NCBI GenBank assembly: GCA_964291215.2
Contig: OZ219791.1
Location: forward strand, 1,984,001-2,048,000
Direction of reading: 5' to 3'
Source: Alphaproteobacteria bacterium
GTDB lineage: Bacteria; Pseudomonadota; Alphaproteobacteria; MPNO01; UBA830
DNA: 64,000 bases
Shown here: positions 32,604 to 45,083 of the stretch, in pieces
How the letters are laid out: the number at the start of each line of letters is the position of its first letter
Position numbering within the stretch: the stretch's first letter is position 1
The notes under the pieces: generated by a model
Databases searched by the model: none
What the model saw: the letters and a program-made list of their open reading frames with translations, nothing else
What the model was told of the DNA's origin: nothing
Translations under genes and position numbers: made by a program

Positions 32604-32924
32604 CATGACCATGGACAGCCAATCCGCCCCCGATGCCGAACGCCGGGTTTCCGACGCCCTGGCGGAGATTGAGTAAATGAGCCAGCGCCAGACCGATGGC
32701 AAATGGCTGGAATGTCTGACGCGCGACTGCGCGCCGCTGATCGCCGAGTGGGATATCAGCGACACCTGGCTCTGGCAGGATTGGCCCGACCGGGAGTCGC
32801 CGGACATCGGGATCGATGTCGTCGCCAGACGGGCAAGCGACGGCAGGCTGATCGCCGTTCAGTGCAAGTCCAGGAAGCTGGACGAACATGGGCGCGGCAC
32901 GGACATCGCAAAGAAGGAACTCGA
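32604..32924 (+). pseudogene. N-terminal Mrr-like nuclease fragment of a restriction-modification/helicase (Type ISP-like) gene
   Basis: WLWQDWPDR..PDIGIDVVA...IAVQCK; early in-frame stop; cut off by the IS at 32925. Confidence 0.6.
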
Positions 32925-35900
32925 GTATCTACTCACCCCTAGTTGGGTTCTGATTGGTCGTAGTGCTAGTTGATGATGTCTGCGGCTTTTCCGTCGAGGG
33001 CGATCTGGGTTGCGACGAGTGGGTTGTAGCCGAGTGCCGCCATGGAGGTGAGGTAGCTTGAGCCCCGGCACCATGCTTTTGCGTGGAGCGGAAGCATCCG
33101 GACACCTTGACCTTCTGTTCTCCGGCATTGTTGGTGAAGCTGACGTTGGGTGCGCCAGGCAAACTGGTGGAATGTGGCCGGGTGCAAGTCCCGAGAGAGG
33201 CTAATTTCTCCGTGAACCATGCGTCGCCAGGCGAAGCGTTGGGGAGCGGCAGGCTATTGAGCCACGAGATGCTTTGAAACCGGAGTGCCGAGGTCGTGGC
33301 CGAAGGCAACGAGCCGCGTTGGTGAGGCGAACGGGGGCTCCGCGGGGTCCGAGAACCAGGGCACGCGCCGAAGCAGGGACCTGGGAGGTCTTGCCCCTCT
33401 GTCGTGGAGGGGCCGCAGAGGAAAGGGACTAATCCGTAAACCGATGATGAACGAGAAGTCAGATTCGGCCATAGTACCGCTGAAGGCGGCGAACAAGGGT
33501 TCTTCGGAGCCTGCGGAGTTGTTGGAGGGAAGGGCAATGCGGTTGGCCCGCGCCGCGCGCAGAAGCGGGGGTCACAGGCGGCTGAACGCAGGTAGCGAAG
33601 AGGAACCCGGAAGAGCGTCTTTACTCCACCACGTGACGGTCGACGTTCTGCACGATGCGTTCCATTCCTTGAGGAAGGACGCGGCGGCGGGGCGTTGTGT
33701 GGCAAGCGTACGCGGAGGGTGTGGAACTGCCTGCACGCCCGTGTGCACAGGGGTGCGTACCGGGCGCCTCCAGGGTTTACATACCCAAGGAGGGGCAACG
33801 ACCGCTTGCCTCGGACAAGATTCTTCAGCGGGCGGTGTGATTCTGGTGCCGCGAGACGGAGTTCCTCGGGTGTAGTTACGGCTTCCGGCCGGGGCGCATC
33901 ATGCGCCGTCACGGTGGAACGGCGGAAGGTCAACTGGATCGTTGACGCCCCTTCGACAACCGCGACCATCTGGTCGCGATGCTCACGGATCGGGGGGTCT
34001 GATCATCAAGTGACGCCGGCGTCATGGAAGGGACCGACTGGCAAGGGAACACCGCAAGGGGCGGCGCCATGCCTTGCGAACCTGCACTACGTACGACTGG
34101 TTCCAGAACCACTGGCGCAAGCGGATGGCTGGAGGCGACACGATCATTATGCGGACGACTTCGTGTGCGGCTTTCAGCATCTGGGCGGCGCTGAGACCTT
34201 GGGGAGAGACTGGCCCACTTGAACTGCACCCGGAAAATCATCGAGTTCGGTCGGTTTGCCAGAGCGAACCGCCGGAAGCGTGGGCAAGACGTTCGACTTC
34301 CTCGGCATGACGCACTTCTGCGAACAGACGAGGAAAGGCAGGTTCAGGGTCGGTCCATCTCGCAAACGGGCACCCTGCGGCGGATCAAGGAGGCCTTGCG
34401 CATGCGGTGGCACGATAACCGGCACGAAACGGCCAAGTGGTGAGTTATCAACGGCTGCTACTACGCCGTTCCAGGAAGCAGCCTGCAGAAGTTCATACAC
34501 CAATGCAAACAGCTGCGTGCCCTTCGGCGACGCTCCCAAAAGGACTTCACCGGGGACATAGACACCCTCACCGCTGCCCACTGAGCCAGCATCCGCCACC
34601 CGTGGCCAAACCAGCGCCTTGTCGTCAGGGGAGGAGCGAACAGCGCACGTCCGGTTCTGTGCGGGGGGCAACCCGGTTCCCTACCGCGATGGTCGTCTGT
34701 GAAGTGCAGGTTTTCGTGTTTCACGAGACGTTCGTGCAGGTTGTGCGCGTCGGACTTGCGTCCATGTTTTCCTTTCGGCGGCGGCGGGATGTCGGGCAGT
34801 TCCCTGGTGCCCTGATGGTGCGGTAGCGCTTGTGCACGGCCCGGCGGTCAGCCTCGTTCAGGGTTTTTGGATGCGCTCTTGTTGACCTTGTGGCAGGGAG
34901 CAGGCTCTTCATCAGTCGCGCGGTAGCCTCGACGACAAAGGTCAGTTCGCGCAGCAGGTGGCTACCACACAACTGGTGGCTACACTGGCCCATGTACGAG
35001 GCCCAGGACGCCCTTGTAACACGGGCCGATCTCTTGCTTGCGGTGCGGGAACTTGCACGTCAGGGTCCCACGACATGGAGCCACTTGCTGTTGATCCGAA
35101 ATCGTCGACATCGGGCGTTGCAGGAGGTGCGCCACGGCGGCCTCCTCCCATGACGCATCGTGAAAGCATAGCTGAGGCCTCGGAGAGCTTGATGCCGGAG
35201 ATCGCCTGCACGAACGCGACGGCGCAGGGACAGCATCTGGGCGACCAGCAGGTTGATGACGAGGGCCTGAATGCCGATGCCGTACTGCACGGGATGTTGT
35301 CGGGGAACCGGCCCTTGCACTTCGGGCATTCCTTGATCTCGGCGCGGCGCTCGACGACCTCGAACACGATGTCGTGCGGCGCTCCCGATCGACGGGGCCG
35401 TCGATGTCAGCGCCGCAGGCGTCGCAGGCCGCGACCGTCTCCTCGACGATGGTCTTGCGCAGGTTGTCGCCCATCTGCCGGTTCGGCTTCGGGCCGTTGC
35501 TCCCGGCACGCTCTTGTCCGTCTGTGACGGCGGCAGACCGGAGTTCCGGCTCGTGCGTAGTCTTCTCCAGAAGGACGACGATGAGGATGTCGAGCAGGAT
35601 GACGAAGACGCGGATCACGGCCTCTTCCGCCACCTTGCCGGCAGCGCCGCGGTCTTGGCCGCTTCGAACTCCTCGCGCGCCGCCCGTCGCCATCACCCGG
35701 CCTTGCGCTTCATCAGCGCGCCGCCTCCGAGATGCGTTTCCACATACAGATCATGCGGGGGCTGGAGCCCCGGAAGCAGCTGGCACAGCCCGCTCGTCGC
35801 CTTCGATCCAAAGTAGCCCACTGGCGGTCCCCTCGATGACCACCACTAAACGAATCGGCCTGCAGTGTCAAATCTCCACGTAAACCCGTTCGTTACTCTA

Positions 35901-35938
35901 CCCCGACATCAAGCCGGAACCAGGGGGTGAGCAGTTAC
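32925..35938 (-). mobile_element. IS66-family (single-ORF, ISBst12-like) element, eroded, carrying a group II intron
   Basis: IRs GTATCTACTCACCCCT and GTAACTGCTCACCCCC; HQLCGSHLLREL, FTNNAGE, KVSGCFRS fragments; no TSD between outer flanks. Confidence 0.8.
33150..34690 (+). mobile_element. Group II intron with degraded reverse transcriptase/maturase
   Basis: 5' GTGCG; 3' DV/DVI-like GAGGAGC...CACGTCCGGTTCTGTGCGGGGGGCAACCCGGTTCCCTACCGCGAT; GTPQG and YADDFV; removal restores D-D-P-N-V in the host transposase. Confidence 0.9.
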
Positions 35939-36605
35939 ATTTTTTCGAGCTTGCCGATATTGCGGCCAGCAAGGGGCGCGGCAGGAACGCGCCGCCGATC
36001 TCGCCGCTGGCGATGGAGGCGGTGAAGCGGATCGACGTACTGTTCGGCATCGGGCGCTCCATCAAGGGCGAGACCGCTGCGCGGCGCCACGCCGTCCGCC
36101 AGGAACTGAGCGCGCCGGTGGTGGCCGAACTCAAGATCTGGATGAAGGCCGAACGCGCAAAGCTCTCCCGCCATGCCCCCGTCGCCAAGGCCATGGACTA
36201 CATGCTCAAACGATGGGACCGCTTCGCCCGGTTCCTCGACGACGGACGCATCTGCCTGTCAAACAATGCCGCTGAAAGGGCGCTCAGAGGTATTGCCCTC
36301 GGCCGCAAGTCGTGGCTGTTCGCAGGCTCCGATCGTGGCGGCAGGCGCGCCGCCGCCATGTACACCCTCATCGGCACCGCAAAGCTCAACAATATCGATC
36401 CCCAGGCCTGGCTCGCCGACATGCTCAAGCGCATTGCCGGCACCCCGCAGAACCGCCTCGGCGAACTTCTTCCCTGGAACTGGCAGGACAGCCGGCGGCA
36501 CGACCAAGCCGCATAACCAAAGACCCCGCCCGACGGTCCCCGATCAACTCCACGCCCGCCACAAACTCAGACCTCGATACCCTGCGGTCTTCGGCGGATG
36601 CTTAC
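35939..36605 (+). mobile_element. 3' fragment of a canonical IS66 tnpC with right end
   Basis: FLDDGRICLSNNAAERALR, GRKSWLFAGS, ELLPWNW in one unbroken frame; ends GGATGCTTAC. Confidence 0.9.
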
Positions 36606-37204
36606 CGTTTAGCGAACGCAAGACCGGATATTCGGCTACCATCCGCCTGTCCGATCTTGGGTTCGTATCCGTCACCGAACATGCGGTTGGCACGAAGCAC
36701 GGCGTCACGCTCGTCAGGTCGTCCGGACGCCATGACGGAACGGACCACCGCGCGCTCGGTGGATGGATGAACCACAGCGGGTTCTTTGTGCAAGACGAGC
36801 GGTCCACCGTCGATGGCATACGGTTAGATGTCCGAAATGGCATCGCCGGTGGCGATCTAACGGGGGCGCGACCGCTCGGAAGCGCGACATGGCAGGGTTT
36901 GATGGTCGGCACCCCGGCCACGGGCGGTGGCGACAGGCTTCAGGGCGATGCGAGCCTGACGTACGACATGAGCTTCCGAACGCTGGATGCCGCGTTCACG
37001 AACATCCAGAACATCGACCGGCTCCGCGCTCACTCTGTCTCTACCGTTCGCTTCGCCAGTGTCTCTGTAGGCGCGGACGAGACGTTCCGAGCCGGTGCCA
37101 CGGGCAACCACATTCAGGGCGGCTTCTACGGTTCCGGCCATGCCGAGGCAACGGGCGTCTTCGAGCAGCAGAACATCGTCGGAGCCTTCGGCGCTCGGCA
37201 GTAG
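36606..37204 (+). pseudogene. 5'-truncated TbpB-like beta-barrel surface protein
   Basis: GSATWQGLMVG, IQGGFYGSGHAEATGVFE, GAFGAR C-terminus; no start, abuts IS66 end. Confidence 0.6.
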
Positions 37205-37465
37205 CCGGGCCTGGGCCTGGCGGTCATGATGGCCATGGCGCTTGCCCGGGCGCTCGCCTGCCGCGTCAGGCAGATGAGGTCCTTCGTCGGCGCCGTGCCT
37301 TACCGCGACACAAGCTGAACCCTCTTCTGTCTCCGAAATCGTCAATCGGACCGCCGGGCCTGCCGCCGGCACAGGCGAGACGGTGACTGTCGTCACGCAA
37401 TGTTCCTTATCGTTCTGGTTGTATCGCGGAAATCAACACCATTGCAGCCTCCAAAGCCCGAATAA

Positions 37466-38518
<1,053 letters not shown>

Positions 38519-38580
38519 CAAGATCCACGCCTCGCCAAAAATCCACCGACCGACAGCACCTCACGCCACGACCAAACAAA

Positions 38581-39306
38581 ATGACCATGTTTACCGGACT
38601 TGACGAGGCGGTTGTAGTTGATGTTGAAACAACGGGCCTTGATCCGAAGACAGACAGAATTGTTTCTGTTGCACTAATCCACGCAAATTTTAGAAATCTA
38701 AGAGAAAATCTCAACAGCTTAAGTGGCAAGACCATGGACGTTGTTATCAACCCACAACGTCGAATCCCTAAGGAATCCTCTCGCATACACGGAATCACAG
38801 ATAAAGACGTGGCCGATAAAGGGTCGTTTTCGGAGATTGCGCAGGAATTGCGGGATTTCATTGGAGACCTCCCCATAGTTGCCCACAATGTGTCGTTTGA
38901 CAAAAAATTCCTCAATCAGGAGTTAAAGAGAGCGGGCATAAAGACAGTGGCCCGGAATAAGAGCTATTGTACGATGCGGAGATTTCGAGAATTCAACCAT
39001 GGTCAGATCAAAGGGAGTAATCTAGATGATGTTGTGGAAGTTATGGGAGTAGAGGGGCGAAAAGGGGAAATACATGATGCCATCGAAGATGCGACGTTGG
39101 CATGGCAAGTGGCGGCACTATTTTATATGTTGGATAATCGTATAGAGATTCCGGCAGGAAAACCGGCTGCTCCATTGCGGAGTGGAAAATTAGAGAATGA
39201 TAGAATATCCAAGTATCAATCTGGAGAATCCAAGTCGAGTGTAGGGACTATTGTAGGCGCATTTGTCGTAGCTGTAATTATCGTAGCTGTGCTGTTGGCG
39301 TGGTAG
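38581..39306 (+). CDS. DEDDh (DnaQ-like) exonuclease with C-terminal transmembrane helix
   Basis: VDVETTGL, AHNVSFD, HDAIEDA; ends TIVGAFVVAVIIVAVLLAW; visibly AT-rich. Confidence 0.85.
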   Translation: MTMFTGLDEAVVVDVETTGLDPKTDRIVSVALIHANFRNLRENLNSLSGKTMDVVINPQRRIPKESSRIHGITDKDVADKGSFSEIAQELRDFIGDLPIVAHNVSFDKKFLNQELKRAGIKTVARNKSYCTMRRFREFNHGQIKGSNLDDVVEVMGVEGRKGEIHDAIEDATLAWQVAALFYMLDNRIEIPAGKPAAPLRSGKLENDRISKYQSGESKSSVGTIVGAFVVAVIIVAVLLAW

Positions 39307-39329
39307 CTTCTCCAAGAGGTTGGTGAGCG

Positions 39330-39515
39330 CGGGCGATTTTTTATTTGCGGCCATCGCCGCGGCGATAACAGCGCCGACCCTCTCCGCCGCCTCGACGAGA
39401 TGGGTATCGGCGAGGTGGGCGTAACCTGCCGTCGTGCGATGCCGCCGGTGGCCGAAAAGCTTTCCCACGAGCGGCAGGTTTTCGCCCGCCATGATGGCGT
39501 GACTCGCCGGGTGTT
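39330..39515 (-). pseudogene. Tyrosine integrase C-terminal remnant
   Basis: ASHAIMAGENLPLVGKLFGHRRHRTTAGYAHL (LGH...T..Y motif); boundaries approximate. Confidence 0.75.
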
Positions 39516-40248
39516 CCCGGCCTCGGAGTGGAATATCGAGATGTTCCGGCGGCCGCCGCTGGAGCCGACCCGCGCCTGCCGGCGCCGGAAGGGAGCGCTG
39601 CTCGGCCACCTGGCAACCGGGTTCGCGATCCGGAAGGGCATCGCCTATGAGCGCCACGCCGATCTGGAGGCGCCGGGCGGCAGCTTCCAGCGCCGGGGCA
39701 TGGATATCACGGTCAGGGCAGCCGGGGGCAGGGGTTCCGCCTGCTCGCGGTGCATCTGAAGAGCGGCTGCTGGGGCGCGAAGCAGGACGGGGCAAACAGC
39801 AAACAGAAGACCTGCGGGACGCTCCGGCCCAGAACGCAGGGCTCGGGGCCCGGGTCGACAGGCGTTTGGCCGAATCCGCTCCCTTCGTCAACCTGGGGGA
39901 CTTCCACCGCCGTCTGGTGCTGCCGGGAGACTGGGCCTGGGCGGCGCTGTCGCCGCCCTCGTCCCCGCTGCTGCTGCTGACGTAGGGCAAGCCCTTCGCC
40001 TGCGGCCGCTACCGGGCCTATATCGACCACTTGGTCGCCGGCGGCGGCGCCCAAGCGCTGCTGGTCGGGGGCTCGTTCCGCCAATGGCCGCACCTGGGGC
40101 CTCATCCCGACCACTGCGCCGTATCGGCGATCTTCCGGGCTGGCCGGTAGGCTGGTCCGCGAAAATATCCCGGGAAGCACGAGTGCAGGACCGGCTGCCG
40201 TTCGTAGCGGTGTCCGGCGGGTAGGGCCGGAACGCTCAGGCCCTTACA

Positions 40249-41796
40249 CTACGTGTAGCCGGCCGCTTTGCGCCAGGATTCGCAATTGCCGATGTAGGCA
40301 CCGAACATCCGGCGCCCGTTGAAAAGCACCGCGTTGTTCGGTCTCCAACCGCAAAGCAGAAGCTCCGAAGCACCGTAGATGAACTGTAGAGTTTTCGCGA
40401 AGAAACACACCGCGTCAAGGTCGGCGTAGTCGATGCCGGCGGGTCCCGTCCTGTTTGATCCATGCGTATGGTAGTTGCGGCACCTGACGGCATGGGCGAC
40501 ATCGCTCTTCAAGTGCTTGAGGGCCTCCTCTTCGAAATGTTCGAGGACAATGTCCGCACGGGCTTCCACACACTGGCGAAGCGGGCCGTTCCTGCTGATT
40601 CGCGCCAGCGCGTTCACAACGGCCTCCCGCTGTTCGCTGTGGGGACAAGCTTTCGCCTTTGATAGGGCGTCCTCGACAATGTTCAGAAGAGCTTCTGGCA
40701 GCGGCTGCCGCGGCGGCTTGTCGACCTCGGGCAGCAAATCGAAAGCATTCGCGGCCGTTACGATTTCAGCTTCGAGAGCGATGTTGCTGGGGGTTCCCGG
40801 CAAACAGCCGAAGAACTGATCGTTGGCTCTCTTCCGGGCCGGATCGGCATCCCGCTCCAGCCACTGCTGCATCACCGAGATGAAGCGGTCCGGATACCGG
40901 GCGGCATCGATCGCGCCAGCGTTCATCCTGGTATATCCGCTTTTCTCGGGATCCCACCCGGTTTTGCTTTCGTTCGGACCGAAGACCAGGAGTTCGCAAA
41001 CAGCCTGCAGTTCGTCTTCCGGGTCCGACATGACGAAGACCTTCACGTCCCGCCAGCGCGGCGCATATCCCATCATCCACGCAAAGAAGTGGCGGACCCG
41101 CCGCATTTTTTTCCATGCTTCGCCGATCGTGACCGGCGTCTCGCCGAATGCGATCGAAATACGTGGCTCTTCTACGTTAGAAGGCGAAATTCCGTCCGAT
41201 TTCACGGACCCGACGATGCTCACGGTACCCAGAACGGTTTCGAATTCCGGCAGGTAGCGCCATTCGCCCGTGAAATAAGCCACCATCGCCTGGCCTTTCG
41301 TCAATTCGCGTTTCTGGTATTCCGGCTTCGTCCTGTTGATGGCATCGAGGACGGACTGGTCCGGGTTACGAAGACGGACGAAGTGCCCGGCAGCATTGTT
41401 CGGGAACACGGATCCGGCCGCTCCCTCCAGCGTGAATTCGATCTCCCTGATGGAGGCATCGTCCGCGGCAAGGCGCCTGGGCCCGAAAAGGGCGTACCTG
41501 AACGGGATGTCGCCATATTGTATCCGACGGAAGTCGAATATCTGGTTCGGGGGACCTCCACGGATGCAGTCGATCAGCGAAACGTCCCCGGCCGGCGAGA
41601 AGCCGAACATTGACTCGTCGCTCTCCACCCTGACCCCCCCCCCATCGTCGACGACGCCGAGAACTATATTCCGGAAGTAGTCATCGCGAACGGGATTCAG
41701 TGTCAGGTAACCGAAAACCCGGCTGTTTCTCCCAGATTTGACCTTGTCGAACAGCACCCCGATGGGCCGCTGGAATTTGGCATCGCTGTGGTTCAT
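40249..41796 (-). CDS. ApeA-like HEPN-domain protein
   Basis: C-terminal RNYHTH (R-x4-H), AANAFDLLP, GDVSLIDC in N-terminal region; start set at MNHSDAK. Confidence 0.65.
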   Translation of the reverse strand: MNHSDAKFQRPIGVLFDKVKSGRNSRVFGYLTLNPVRDDYFRNIVLGVVDDGGGVRVESDESMFGFSPAGDVSLIDCIRGGPPNQIFDFRRIQYGDIPFRYALFGPRRLAADDASIREIEFTLEGAAGSVFPNNAAGHFVRLRNPDQSVLDAINRTKPEYQKRELTKGQAMVAYFTGEWRYLPEFETVLGTVSIVGSVKSDGISPSNVEEPRISIAFGETPVTIGEAWKKMRRVRHFFAWMMGYAPRWRDVKVFVMSDPEDELQAVCELLVFGPNESKTGWDPEKSGYTRMNAGAIDAARYPDRFISVMQQWLERDADPARKRANDQFFGCLPGTPSNIALEAEIVTAANAFDLLPEVDKPPRQPLPEALLNIVEDALSKAKACPHSEQREAVVNALARISRNGPLRQCVEARADIVLEHFEEEALKHLKSDVAHAVRCRNYHTHGSNRTGPAGIDYADLDAVCFFAKTLQFIYGASELLLCGWRPNNAVLFNGRRMFGAYIGNCESWRKAAGYT

Positions 41797-41905
41797 TGGG
41801 CGTCTTTCTCCTCGCAGATGCAAGCTGCCACGAATTTCTCCCTCGCCGGGACCCGATCACAGATATATGGGGAAAGCGAGCCGGAACGGCAGATGTTTTT
41901 GATTT

Positions 41906-44900
41906 GGTACTGTAACTTGATGTCTGGAAATTTGTCTGAGGTTTGCGCTTTGAGGCGTTTCACTGGGGGGGGGGGGGGGCTAGCCCTCGCATGTCACGGA
42001 AATTTTAGCTGGACAACGGTGTTTCGGCGTGGCATAAGTGTCCCATGTCACAGATCAGCCGCACATTGCGGGACGAGGCAGCAGTTGCGCGGATCGCGTC
42101 GCTGCTGTCCTGTGAGCAGTTCGACAGCCGGTCGGCTCTGGGTCGTCTGCGAGGAGTTTGCCTTTGTCGACGCGCGCGGCCGTCTGCAGCTTGCCGGCTG
42201 CCTGAGGGCGCTGGGCGCCCGGAGATCGTCCTGCCGGCGCCGAAGTCACCGACAATCGACCGCCGGCCTCGCCTGTTGGTATCGCTGCAGAGGTTCCGGC
42301 GCGCGCATTCGGGATCATCGTGGTCGGGGATCGTATTGACCGGGCGGTCACGCTGATTGCGCGTGAACACCCGCGACGACCTTCGCCGGCTGCCAATATC
42401 TCGTGGGCTCGGCGCACGGGTGGCGGGGTTTGCCGCCGCCGCGCGGCGCGGGACCGCTGGATGGAACGACGGGCAGCGCCGGGGCCACCTGCAGCGGATC
42501 GTCTGTCTGAGCCGTTTCTTGATCAGGTGCTCTGCCCGCCCAGCCATGTGCGCATCCTGCGCCGCGTGACTTCGAGGACCGTTTCGACCATGGCTCAGTT
42601 TTGCCGATGAAGGTTACCCTGCCTGCGCGCGGCCAACTTCCTGTGCAGGACCGAAGGCCGGCAGGATCGGGAGCACTGGGAGACGGTGAAGACGGTCTTC
42701 GTGGCCGAACTGGAGCGCGCAGGAAGCTGGGGAGGTCGATCATGCGCCCTCGCCGGGCGAAGGTCTGAACGACTGGGCGCAGAACGAGTTTGGAGGGGGG
42801 TGACAAGCGACTTTCTGCGCGCCTGGAGCGCCGGCCTTCTGGCGGCCGGTCAGAAGATCAATGCGTCTCCCAGCGCCGACAACACCGCGATCAATGCGTT
42901 TTACCGGATGGTCGCCCTCGGAGATCACGCCGGCGAACATTCTTGCGCCGCACCGGCAGCATCCGTGGCCAGAAGACGGTTCTTGCGGCACGGACCTGAA
43001 CTTCTCCCGGCCTGCAGGTGAGAACCAGACCGGGGCCTCAAGCCTGCACGCGACCCTGGCGGTGACTGACCTGCCACTCGGGGTGCTGGGTCCGGTGAAG
43101 CCCCGGTCGCAGGAGACACGCCGCAGCTCGAGGGGTTCAAGGCGCTGCCACCCCGGCGGCAAGACGCGCGTCATCTCCGTCGGGAAGCCGACATCTTCGA
43201 GCTGTTCGACACGCGCTTGCCCCGCGTCGATCTGCGCGCCAAGCATGACAGGGTGCTGAAGGAGGGAAGGCTGTTCGCCGTCATGGCCGGCGGCCTGATT
43301 GAGATCGAGGGACTGACGGAGCAAGCCAGCCGGAAGAAGGCCCGCGCGACAGAAGCGCCTGGCGAGTTACGGTCCGTCACCCGTGACGGGCACCGCCCCC
43401 AGCGCGAAGCCGGTGTCCCTGCACGGGGTCAGGGAGCGCCCGAGGGTGAGGATCCCGTGGTGCCTGCTGACCACCGTGCGGGTTGGCACTGCGAAGGAGG
43501 CGGCCGACATCGTCGGCTTCTACCTTCAGCGCTGGCGAATCGAGGATTACGTGCTCAAATCCGGATGCAGGGTGGAACACCTGCTGTTCCGCACCGCCTG
43601 CAGCGGGCGATCAACGCCGTCATCGCATGGCGCATCATGGTCATGACCCTGCTCGGCCGCCAGGTGCGAGCCGCAGCTGATGTTCACCGACAGCGAACTC
43701 GCGCGACTACGCACACAAGTACGCCCTGAAGGAACCGGAGCGTCTCGCCGATGCGGTGCACCTGGTCGCCCATCTCGGCGGCTACCGCAGCACGCCCGGG
43801 TCACCAGATCATGTGGCCAGACACACCAGCGCCGCACTGGGTCACCAAATCGGCCGGGAAATCGGGTTCCGGGATGGACAAAGACACGCGTGAACACGTA
43901 AACCATTGTCAACCAGATTTGTCATGACACGGCAGGGCTAGCCCCCCAGTGAAACGCGGCACCATCGTACTATCCCATGGAGTTGGAAAACATTCATGGA
44001 GGAAGCGAATGGACCTGCGACACACTACGACGATCGGGACTGTTTTGGAACATCTGATCGCAAACGGAGCAACGGATCTGGGGCGGGTCTTTGGCCAGCT
44101 CTTCGAGCTTGCGATGCAAATCGAGCGCGAGCAGTACTTGAAAGCGGGCCACCGGAGCGACAGGGCTATGCCAACGGCTACAAACGGATCGACACCCCCA
44201 CTGTTACCGTTCAGGTGCCAAACGGTCACGGGGACGACCCCCCCCCCCCCCCAGTCGCTTGAACGCGGCCAGCGATCTTCTCGCGCCGTAGCCGAGATGT
44301 ACATCAAGGGTGTTTCCACACGGCAGGATGTAATGCGCGAGTTCGGGAGCCTGTCCTCTTCTCAGGTCAGCCGGGCCACCAAGTTGCTCGACGAAGAACT
44401 CGCCGCGCAACCGGCCCCTGATGAAATACCTGGATGCGCGCCATGAAAAAGCCCGCCATGACGGCGTTGTGCGCGATGTCGCAGTGCTCTCGGCCATCGG
44501 AATAGGGGCTGCAGGCACGTTCCGGGGCTCTCTGTGGCGCTCTCCGAGGCCGAGGTCCATTGGAGAGCCTTCCTGGAAAGCTTGCTAGCCCTGCATGGTA
44601 CGACCTTCATCGTCTCGGATGCCGGGCTGAAAGCGGCACGGTGCTGGGCGCGGCGACATGGCAGCGCTGCCAGTTCCACCTGGCACAAAACGCCGTGCAC
44701 CGAACAACGACATCAGGAAACGTATTGGAAAACAGCTCGGAGCCACGCCTCCTCACTCCAAACCGCCGAGGCTGAACTGGCCGCCCTCGTGGCCAGCGAC
44801 AAGCATCCAGGCTTCCTGGCTGGAAAACAATGCGGGGCTCGCTGTCTTCACCTTGCCCGATGCTCACCGCAAGCGTATGCGAACCTCGAACGGCATCGAG

Positions 44901-45083
44901 CGACCGATCCAGCAAGAACTCAAGCGGCGCACCTCCAAAGTCAGGGTCTTTCCGAACCTCGCCTCGTTGGAGCGCCTCTCGACCGCAGTCCTCATCGACG
45001 AAAAATGGGAAACCGAAACCAAGATCAAATGGGAACAGCTCGATCAGCTTCACGACAATTTCCAGACATCAGGTTGCGTAATC
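41906..45083 (+). mobile_element. IS256-family copy 2, interrupted in its palindrome by IS4
   Basis: Same ends as copy 1; left end 41906-41985, remainder 43936-45083. Confidence 0.9.
41986..43935 (+). mobile_element. IS4-family (IS50/Tn5-like) element with N-terminal DUF4338-like region, eroded
   Basis: Imperfect IRs CTCGCATGTCACGGAAAT and CTGCCGTGTCATGACAAAT; flanked by GGCTAGCC; READIFELF, WCLLTT, YLQRWRIEDY.LKSGCRVE; VCLSRFLIR. Confidence 0.82.

Noticed and set aside
33150-34690. RT as a retron or diversity-generating retroelement
   Set aside because: GTGCG start, DV/DVI end and precise insertion identify a group II intron; no template/variable repeat pair seen.
39520-40200. Protein-like fragments between the integrase remnant and the HEPN gene
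   Set aside because: Probably pseudogene debris, but no family could be assigned.
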